Source: an uncultured Acidobacteriaceae bacterium
GTDB lineage: Bacteria; Acidobacteriota; Terriglobia; Terriglobales; Acidobacteriaceae
Assembly (NCBI GenBank): GCA_963818905.1
Contig: CAWFUE010000084.1
Span: 9,254 to 73,253 of the forward strand
DNA: 64,000 nt
Direction of reading: 5' to 3'
Part shown: in pieces, positions 54,818 to 61,958 of the stretch
Numbering within the stretch: the first letter of the stretch is position 1
Layout of the letters: the number at the start of each line of letters is the position of its first letter
Program-made: the position numbers and the translations under genes
Notes under the pieces: generated by a model
Told to the model about the DNA's origin: nothing
The model's input: the letters and a program-made list of their open reading frames with translations, nothing else
Databases searched by the model: none

Positions 54818-55924
54818 ATGCGGATCCTTTACGATCATCAAATTTTCTCGTTGCAAAACGCGGGTGGCGCCTCCCGCTATTTTTATGAACTCATGAGGTT
54901 CCTGACTACCGTGCCCGATGTGCAAACAGAATTGCTGATGGGCATCAATGCGAGCATTTATCCTTTTCACCGATTGCCGGCTGAGAAGGTGCGAGTGGTT
55001 GGATTCCGCGATTCCGTGCCTCCAGGAACGTTGCGCTATATAGTCAACGAGACTTGGGGAAATGTGGTTGCGGCTTGGCGCGGCCAGATGGATGTCTATC
55101 ACTCAACCGCATATCTGCGCATGCCCTTGGTTCGGGCCCGGAAAGTTGTCGCGACTCATCACGATTGCACCTATGAGCGATTTCCAGAACTTTTCCCGAA
55201 TGCGAAGAGGGCGCTGTGGGCGCGGAAACGGCTGTTCCCTAGTGTCGATGCCATTATCTGCGTCTCTGAGTCATGTCGGCAGGACCTGCTGCATTTCTAT
55301 GACGTCGACCCTGCGAAGACGTGCGTCATTCACCATGGCATTACTACTTTGCCGCGCAGTCCAGAGGCTGCGGCGACGCTGCAAAGCCAGTTACGACGTG
55401 ACTACCTGTTGTATGTGGGAATGAGAGCCGCTTTCAAGAATTTCGATGGCCTGCTGCAATCCTTTCATGACAGCGCATTGTCCGATTCTCTGGATCTCCT
55501 CGTGCTGGGCGGAGGACCATTTACCGCGCAGGAAAAGCTACGCATTGCCAACTTAGGTTTGAATGACTGCGTTATTGGCTTCCCGGCGGTGTCAGACGAA
55601 TTGCTGGCCGAGGCCTATGCGCGGGCCAAGCTGTTCGTATATCCGTCGCTCAACGAAGGATTCGGCCTTCCGCCGCTGGAGGCGATGTCGCTGGGATGTC
55701 CAGTTTTGGCGAGCGATATTCCCGCGATTCGGGAAGTATGCCGGGACGCGCCATTCTACTTCGATCCCCAGGACCAAAGCTCATTGAATCGGGAATTATT
55801 GCGGGCTGTGAATGATGAGGATCCGCGGCGGCAGGCGATGCTGCGAGGCAAGCAGGTTTCGGGACAATATAGCTGGGAAAAATGTGGACGGGAGACGCTG
55901 GCCCTTTATCGCCAATGTCAGTAG
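54818..55924 (+). CDS. Glycosyltransferase family 4 (GT-B, RfaG-like)
   Basis: C-terminal GT1/GT4 signature LFVYPSLNEGFGLPPLEAMSLGCPVLASDIPAIREV. Confidence 0.85.
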   Translation: MRILYDHQIFSLQNAGGASRYFYELMRFLTTVPDVQTELLMGINASIYPFHRLPAEKVRVVGFRDSVPPGTLRYIVNETWGNVVAAWRGQMDVYHSTAYLRMPLVRARKVVATHHDCTYERFPELFPNAKRALWARKRLFPSVDAIICVSESCRQDLLHFYDVDPAKTCVIHHGITTLPRSPEAAATLQSQLRRDYLLYVGMRAAFKNFDGLLQSFHDSALSDSLDLLVLGGGPFTAQEKLRIANLGLNDCVIGFPAVSDELLAEAYARAKLFVYPSLNEGFGLPPLEAMSLGCPVLASDIPAIREVCRDAPFYFDPQDQSSLNRELLRAVNDEDPRRQAMLRGKQVSGQYSWEKCGRETLALYRQCQ

Positions 55925-55986
55925 CTTCTGTCCAATTGTGAACTGAGTTTTGTGTAAACCAGACGGTTGGCGGATTGTTGTGAAAG

Positions 55987-56547
55987 ATGTCACAGTTGAA
56001 GAGCTTGCTGTACGCCGATCTCGCTCGACAATACGAATTGGAGGGCCGGGCCGGCATTCGGCCCAACTTCCTTCGATTTCTGGCTCGGTTGTTGCACTTC
56101 CGCTTTCTTCCCAACGTGCTGTGCCGCACCAGTCGGGCCGCAATGTTGGCCGGAATTCCTATTCTTCCCCAACTTTTCACCTACATGAACCTGGTTCTTT
56201 TCGGGTTGGAAGTCACGCCCAAATGCGAGATCGGGCCGGGAATCTTTTTTGCTCATCCCGTGGGCTGCGTCATCGGGGCATGGAAGATTGGAAGTAATGT
56301 GAGCGTGTTTCAAGGGGTCGGGCTCGGGGCGGTACGTCCGGATATGGAATTCAAAAAAGAATTGCGGTGTGAGATCGGTGACGATGTGATGCTGGGCGCC
56401 GGCTGTAAGATCCTGGGGCCATATCACATCGGGAATAACGTCACGGTTGGCGCCAACTCGGTCGTGATGGGCTCAGTCGCAGACAATCAAACCGTTTTCG
56501 GTGTGCCGGCGCGAGCCGTACCATCTTCCGCGGGGAATGCCAAATGA
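55987..56547 (+). CDS. Hexapeptide-repeat O-acetyltransferase (serine acetyltransferase-like)
   Basis: Left-handed beta-helix repeats IGPGIFFAHPVGCVIGAWKIGSNVSVFQGVGLG ... IGDDVMLGAGCKILGPYHIGNNVTVGANSVV. Confidence 0.8.
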   Translation: MSQLKSLLYADLARQYELEGRAGIRPNFLRFLARLLHFRFLPNVLCRTSRAAMLAGIPILPQLFTYMNLVLFGLEVTPKCEIGPGIFFAHPVGCVIGAWKIGSNVSVFQGVGLGAVRPDMEFKKELRCEIGDDVMLGAGCKILGPYHIGNNVTVGANSVVMGSVADNQTVFGVPARAVPSSAGNAK

Positions 56548-57494
56548 CAGAAGACGTTTTCGACCTCACGGTGATTATCTCCAGCTATAACACTCGCGCG
56601 TTGCTGCGAAGATGCATGCAATCGATTTATCAGTACACCCAGGGCATCCGTTTCGAGATTATCTGCGTGGACGATAATTCAAGCGACGGCAGCGCTGCGA
56701 TGGTTGCGGAGACCTTCCCGGAGGTAGTACTGGTCAGAAACCAGGTGAACCAGCTTTACGCCAAGAATCAAAATCGTGGCATGCGCATGGCGCGAGGTCG
56801 CTACGCATGCTTGCTGGATAGTGACACCCAGCTCAAGGGCAATGCGTTCAAGTCCCTGGTCCAGTTCATGGACGAGCATCCCGAGGCGGCAGTTTGCGGT
56901 CCGAAGTTGCTGAATATCGACGGCACCATCCAGCATTGCGTGCGGAGCTTTGCCGGGGCTGGTGTTTTCTTTCTCCAAGCCATGAACTGGCATAAGTTGT
57001 TCCCCACCAGCCGGTTGATGAACCGTTATTACAACACTGACTTCGACTATTCCAAGGCACAGCAGGTCGACAGTATTGGGACCTCGGCGTACATCATTCG
57101 CCGTTCGACGTGGGAACAAGCGGGAATGCTCGACGAACGGTTTCGTCTTGCCTTAGTCGATCTGGCTTACAACTACATGCTACGGCAGAAGGGTTATAAG
57201 GTGTACTACACGCCTTGCGCCGAAGTCATTCACCTTGGCAGCCAGAGTATCAACCAGGTTCCGATCGCCTCGTTGCGTGACCAGAGGCGGGCACTCATCG
57301 AATTCAGCGAAGCCTACGATTACTTTGGCAAGGGTGCGCTAATCAAACGATTGGTGCGCATCGCGGTCATGCTCCGCTACTACATTAAGGTGCTGGAGTA
57401 TTATCTCGGACCTGATAAGCGCGTCATCAAAGGCCCCGGTGCCCCGAGCAGGAAAGAGGCAGCGCGAGCGACTCTGCTGCGGAACTCGGAGTAG
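56544..57494 (+). CDS. Glycosyltransferase family 2
   Basis: LTVIISSYNTRALL ... FEIICVDDNSSDGS ... KNQNRGMRMARGRYACLLDSDT (DxD). The start overlaps the upstream stop. Confidence 0.85.
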   Translation: MTEDVFDLTVIISSYNTRALLRRCMQSIYQYTQGIRFEIICVDDNSSDGSAAMVAETFPEVVLVRNQVNQLYAKNQNRGMRMARGRYACLLDSDTQLKGNAFKSLVQFMDEHPEAAVCGPKLLNIDGTIQHCVRSFAGAGVFFLQAMNWHKLFPTSRLMNRYYNTDFDYSKAQQVDSIGTSAYIIRRSTWEQAGMLDERFRLALVDLAYNYMLRQKGYKVYYTPCAEVIHLGSQSINQVPIASLRDQRRALIEFSEAYDYFGKGALIKRLVRIAVMLRYYIKVLEYYLGPDKRVIKGPGAPSRKEAARATLLRNSE

Positions 57495-57635
57495 CTGTGC
57501 GTCTGGCCATTCCGTATTGGGCGCACTTGCCCTGATTTAGCAGAGAACCTTAATCTCAGCGGTTGCCGGCTGGCAGCGAGTGCATTCGATGTCATCCGCT
57601 TTGCTTCTCTCACGAACCCCTAGATCGGAGTTACC

Positions 57636-59063
57636 ATGAGCCGTCCAGTTCGATTTCTTTTCTACAAACCGATCGTCATGGTGTGCGATGTAGGTCTGAT
57701 CAACGCTGGGTTCTTGATTGCATTTTTCTTGCGCCGCAACTATTTGCTTGCTCCTCACGCCAACATTGCTTCCTATGTACACCTGTCGGCACTGGTCTCC
57801 CTCACCACTCTGCTGGTATTTCAACTGCTCGATCTTTACCGCGACTGGTTGCGGAGATCGCTGAGGCACGTTCTGTATTCCGTCATCATCGCAGTGGCGA
57901 TGACCTTGCTGACGACCATGGGACTGGGATTTTGGGCGCGCCAGTTTGCCTTTCCTCGAAGTGTTCTGGTGCTGGCGGCTTTCGTGCAGGTCGGACTGTT
58001 GTGCAGTTTTCGTATGTTGATGCGTCGGCTGTACCGGCGCCGATTTGGAGATCGCCGCACCATTGTTATTGGAGAGAATGAGAATGATGCAATATCGATC
58101 GTGCAGAAGTTCGAGGAACACCGCCTTGGTCTCTATCATGTCCAGGGATACATTTTGCGACGCGACTTGATCTCACCCTATCCCGAATTGGACGATGCCG
58201 AGACCGTGGTGTTAAGCCAAAGCCTGGAGCAAAAGGAAGATATCATTCTGCATTGTTTTCGATGCAAGAAGGAGGTGTTGGCCGTTCCCAAGCTTTCGGA
58301 GCTAACCCTGTTCGGAGCTGAGGCGCGGGAAGTCGACGATCTGCTGATTCTCGGCATTCAGCCGCACCGTCTTGATGCTGCCGAGGAGTTGCTCAAGCGC
58401 ATGCTGGATCTGATCGTCTCGTCAGGGTTGCTGCTGTTGAGCAGCCCCTTTCTGGTGATTGTGTCGCTCATCGTTCGTATGACCTCTGAGGGTCCGATTT
58501 TTTACCGGCAGGAGCGTATCGGTCGAGGCGGAAATCCTTTTCAGGTTTTGAAGTTTCGCACCATGAGAGTTGATGCCGAGAAGCATAGCGGCCCGGTGTT
58601 GGCGTCCCAGCACGATCCTCGTATTACGGAAATCGGCCGGCTATTGAGAGCAACGCGGATCGATGAGTTGCCGCAGATGCTGAACGTAATCAAGGGAGAA
58701 ATGAGCCTTGTCGGTCCCCGGCCCGAGCGGCCTTATTTCGTTCGGCAGTTTGAACGAGAGCTCCCGGCTTACGAGTTGCGTCACGCCGTTAAGCCCGGAA
58801 TCACCGGACTGGCACAAGTTATGGGCAGGTATGGCACTACCGTAGAAAGGAAGCTGCACTTTGACCTTCTCTACATTTATAACTATTCGCTGCTCCTCGA
58901 CCTTAAGATCCTGTTGCAGACTATCCGCGTCATGCTACAAGGTGAGGAGGGAGCTGGCCACAAGACTTGGGCGGTTCCAGCTCAGCAGTTAAAGAATATT
59001 AGAAGGAATAAAATCGCTACGGCAGAAACCCTGACCGAGTCAGGCAGCTCTCAGGCGGACTAG
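57636..59063 (+). CDS. Polyprenyl glycosylphosphotransferase (initiating sugar transferase, WbaP/EpsB-like)
   Basis: GGAG SD before the start. N-terminal TM bundle plus C-terminal bacterial sugar transferase domain (PIFYRQERIGRGGNPFQVLKFRTM, DELPQMLNVIKGEMSLVGPRP, KPGITGLAQV). Confidence 0.88.
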   Translation: MSRPVRFLFYKPIVMVCDVGLINAGFLIAFFLRRNYLLAPHANIASYVHLSALVSLTTLLVFQLLDLYRDWLRRSLRHVLYSVIIAVAMTLLTTMGLGFWARQFAFPRSVLVLAAFVQVGLLCSFRMLMRRLYRRRFGDRRTIVIGENENDAISIVQKFEEHRLGLYHVQGYILRRDLISPYPELDDAETVVLSQSLEQKEDIILHCFRCKKEVLAVPKLSELTLFGAEAREVDDLLILGIQPHRLDAAEELLKRMLDLIVSSGLLLLSSPFLVIVSLIVRMTSEGPIFYRQERIGRGGNPFQVLKFRTMRVDAEKHSGPVLASQHDPRITEIGRLLRATRIDELPQMLNVIKGEMSLVGPRPERPYFVRQFERELPAYELRHAVKPGITGLAQVMGRYGTTVERKLHFDLLYIYNYSLLLDLKILLQTIRVMLQGEEGAGHKTWAVPAQQLKNIRRNKIATAETLTESGSSQAD

Positions 59064-59091
59064 GCTAGCTGGGCCGTTGCAGCGCTTCCCT

Positions 59092-60042
59092 TCAGTTCGA
59101 GTCGGATGTAAATTCCGTTGCCAGCCAATAGGGCCGCCACAATCTCCTTCTAATCCGGCGCCAAGCCGCTACCAATGGACGCGACAACAGCCACGCGACC
59201 GAGCCATCCTTCAACAGCCTTCTTAATCCGATAGAAAACCTCTGCACTTGCCGCATCTCTTCCAAGGCAAGGGAAGTGGAGTAGGTCATCTGGCGATAGC
59301 TTGCGAGGCGTGGTTCGAGGCGAGGCGCCCAGTGCTTAACGATTGACAACGGCTCCTGATGCAGCCGGAGACGATGGCGGCGCGAAGCTAACATGCTGCC
59401 GGGGTGAATACGGTAGCGGCAAACCACCTGTTGAACGGCCCGCGCCTGATAACGCTGGGCGACCGCAACGTAGAGATAGTAGTCGGGAACAACCTGAATT
59501 GTGTCCGGTATACCGCCTACTTCAGCCACCGCCGAGCGTCGCAGCATAGCTGAACTCATCGCAATGAAGCAGGCGTTGCGAAACAGCGCGCTGAAGATAT
59601 TGCCTTCGGGAAGCGGATCGAATTCGTGCGCGTAGTCGTAATCCCTCAGGTTGCCGTGCCGCGAATCGAACAGCACGGTTCTGCCGTAGATGATTCCGAC
59701 GGTGTTATCGATCAGCGCCACCTGCTTCTCTAGTTTGTCGGGCAGCCAGATGTCGTCCTGATCGAGGAATGCCAGCCAAGCTCCGGTGGCCTGGCGAATC
59801 GCCCGGTCCCTGGCGGTACCCAACGGCGTCTCCTCGGACGAAAAGAAGTAACGGATTCTGTCGTCGTGGTACTGGCTGATGATCCGCGCGCTGTCGTCAG
59901 TTGAATAGTCGTCCCAAACGATGAGTTCCCAGTCGGTGAAGCTTTGTGCCAGCACGCTGTCCAACGCGTCGCTGAGGAACCGCGCGCCGTTGCGCACATT
60001 CATGATGACGCTGACCAGGGGCATCGTAGGACGTACCTGCAT
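59092..60042 (-). CDS. Glycosyltransferase family 2 (paralog A)
   Basis: MPLVSVIMNVRNGARFLSDALDSVLAQSFTDWELIVWDDYSTDDS ... AFLDQDDIWLPDKLEKQ. The start is ATG 60042 or 60024. Confidence 0.85.
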   Translation of the reverse strand: MQVRPTMPLVSVIMNVRNGARFLSDALDSVLAQSFTDWELIVWDDYSTDDSARIISQYHDDRIRYFFSSEETPLGTARDRAIRQATGAWLAFLDQDDIWLPDKLEKQVALIDNTVGIIYGRTVLFDSRHGNLRDYDYAHEFDPLPEGNIFSALFRNACFIAMSSAMLRRSAVAEVGGIPDTIQVVPDYYLYVAVAQRYQARAVQQVVCRYRIHPGSMLASRRHRLRLHQEPLSIVKHWAPRLEPRLASYRQMTYSTSLALEEMRQVQRFSIGLRRLLKDGSVAWLLSRPLVAAWRRIRRRLWRPYWLATEFTSDSN

Positions 60043-60047
60043 CGATC

Positions 60048-60968
60048 CTACACGTTGCCGTTGTCACTGAGTCTGCGCCAGTAAGGCCGGATGACATTGC
60101 GACGGACGATGTGGAAGACAAAGGCAAAGGGACGCATGAGCTGAGACCGCACCGATCCTTGTGTGAACAGCCGCGTAAGTCCCCGGGTAAAGGTGCTGGG
60201 GTTCCGCATCTCTTCCAGGGCAATAGCGGTATAGTGCCGCTTGTGGCACCGGACGAGGATCTGCGGATGCACTTGATCGGCCCAGCTATCGATTAGCCCG
60301 ATCACTTCGCGATGCATCTCGATGGCCCTCACCTGCGACATGCTATCCGGGTGCATGCGATATCGGCAGATTACGTCCTGTACAGCACGCACGCGATACT
60401 GCCGCGCGATTGCCATATAGAGGTAGTAGTCAGGAACAATGTGGACCTCGTCGGGAATGCCGCCGATGGACTCGACGGCTGAGGTGCGAAACATGGCTGA
60501 GCTCATTGCAATGAAGCAGGACTTGGTAAAGAGCTGAAGGAAGATGTCGCCTTCAGGCAACAATTTGTACTCGTGGGCCTGGTCGTAATCCCGTTCCAGT
60601 CCGCTGGGATAAAACCTGACTGTCCGCCCGTAGATGAGAGCGGCGTCCCTGTCGGCCAGCGCCAGCTGTTTTTCCAGTTTTCGTGGCAGCCAGACGTCGT
60701 CCTGATCGAGGAACGCCAGCCAGTCGCCTTTAGCTTGTTGGATAGCATCCCTTCGCGCTTTTCCGAGCGAGGCGTCTTCGGCAGCCAGAAAGTAACGGAT
60801 CCTGGGATCGCGGTATTCCGAAACGATAGCCGCGCTGTTGTCGGTAGAACGATCATCCCAGACGATGAGTTCCCAATCTTCGCAGGTTTGGCCCAACACG
60901 CTGTCGATCGCCTCCTGTAACGTTTGCGCCCCATTACGAACATTCATGATGACGCTGACCAGAGGCAT
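60048..60968 (-). CDS. Glycosyltransferase family 2 (paralog B, tandem duplicate of 59092-60042)
   Basis: MPLVSVIMNVRNGAQTLQEAIDSVLGQTCEDWELIVWDDRSTDNS ... AFLDQDDVWLPRKLEKQ. It is collinear with the neighbouring gene over its whole length. Confidence 0.85.
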   Translation of the reverse strand: MPLVSVIMNVRNGAQTLQEAIDSVLGQTCEDWELIVWDDRSTDNSAAIVSEYRDPRIRYFLAAEDASLGKARRDAIQQAKGDWLAFLDQDDVWLPRKLEKQLALADRDAALIYGRTVRFYPSGLERDYDQAHEYKLLPEGDIFLQLFTKSCFIAMSSAMFRTSAVESIGGIPDEVHIVPDYYLYMAIARQYRVRAVQDVICRYRMHPDSMSQVRAIEMHREVIGLIDSWADQVHPQILVRCHKRHYTAIALEEMRNPSTFTRGLTRLFTQGSVRSQLMRPFAFVFHIVRRNVIRPYWRRLSDNGNV

Positions 60969-60995
60969 AGGGAATGGAAGATCGGAGAGGCCCGT

Positions 60996-61778
60996 CTAGG
61001 GGAGAATCCACACCTGATACGAAGAGACAAGTACACAGTAGAGCAGAAGCTGCCAGAAAGCCACCGCGAGAGAAGTCACTCCGCAGATGAGCAGGAAGTT
61101 GTCAGCACGGCCAACGGTTCCAGGCATACCGATGACGAGAGCGGCACGGCCCATCCCGACCACGGCTGCGATGGCGAACATGGTGACGGCGAGTCCAAAG
61201 CGGGATTTGGGACGGACCCGGGACGGTCGTTCCGCCGGAACCGGCGATTGCCGATACCACAGCACGATCCAGATCGCCAGCGCCAGCATTCCAACGATGC
61301 TGCTAAGGTACTGCAATATGCTGGAGACCGGTAGGCTGTGATTCAAACCCGGGATATGCACCCAATCTCGCAGAAAAGCAATGTGTCGCCACGGCCATGT
61401 GTGCAAGTGAGTGAAGGCATCCCAAACGATATGACTGGCAATTCCCATCACGACAGAGAGCAGGATTGCCAGAAACCGTCTTGGGGGACCAAATTTGAAA
61501 TCGGCTCTCTGGCTGCGCAGCCTCTCTTGCACGCCGGCTGGCAAAAGTTCCATGATGGGCCGTTTGATGATGTTGTGAAATAACCAGAGCGCCGCCAGCG
61601 AAGCGGGTATGGTGAATTCAATGATTCCGGGAAACTGATGTCCCAGTTCGCGGTATCGGATGTTCCCGACAATGTAGGGAAAGTCCGGCGCCATGCTACC
61701 AATGATGAACGCAGACCAAATCAGATTGAGTTTACGAAACGGCAGGACGGCGGCGGCATGAGAAACCGTGAAGGGCAT
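60996..61778 (-). CDS. DUF4184-family membrane protein
   Basis: MPFTVSHAAAVLPFRK ... GSMAPDFPY ... SHIVWDAFTH pattern, as recalled for DUF4184. ATG 61778 is preferred over ORF-track 61877. Confidence 0.55.
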   Translation of the reverse strand: MPFTVSHAAAVLPFRKLNLIWSAFIIGSMAPDFPYIVGNIRYRELGHQFPGIIEFTIPASLAALWLFHNIIKRPIMELLPAGVQERLRSQRADFKFGPPRRFLAILLSVVMGIASHIVWDAFTHLHTWPWRHIAFLRDWVHIPGLNHSLPVSSILQYLSSIVGMLALAIWIVLWYRQSPVPAERPSRVRPKSRFGLAVTMFAIAAVVGMGRAALVIGMPGTVGRADNFLLICGVTSLAVAFWQLLLYCVLVSSYQVWILP

Positions 61779-61958
61779 CCGGCTGGCGCTGAAAGCTACA
61801 AATTGCTTGTACATTAGTATAGCCGAGCGGTCGAGTGCCGGCCAGAATGTTTGGCAGAACAGATCGCTTGCAATCACCGACGGATTTTCCGCTACTACAG
61901 AACCGCAGCATGAATCCGAAGCAGAGTCGAGAGCAGTGCTTCACGACCGGGGACACCT

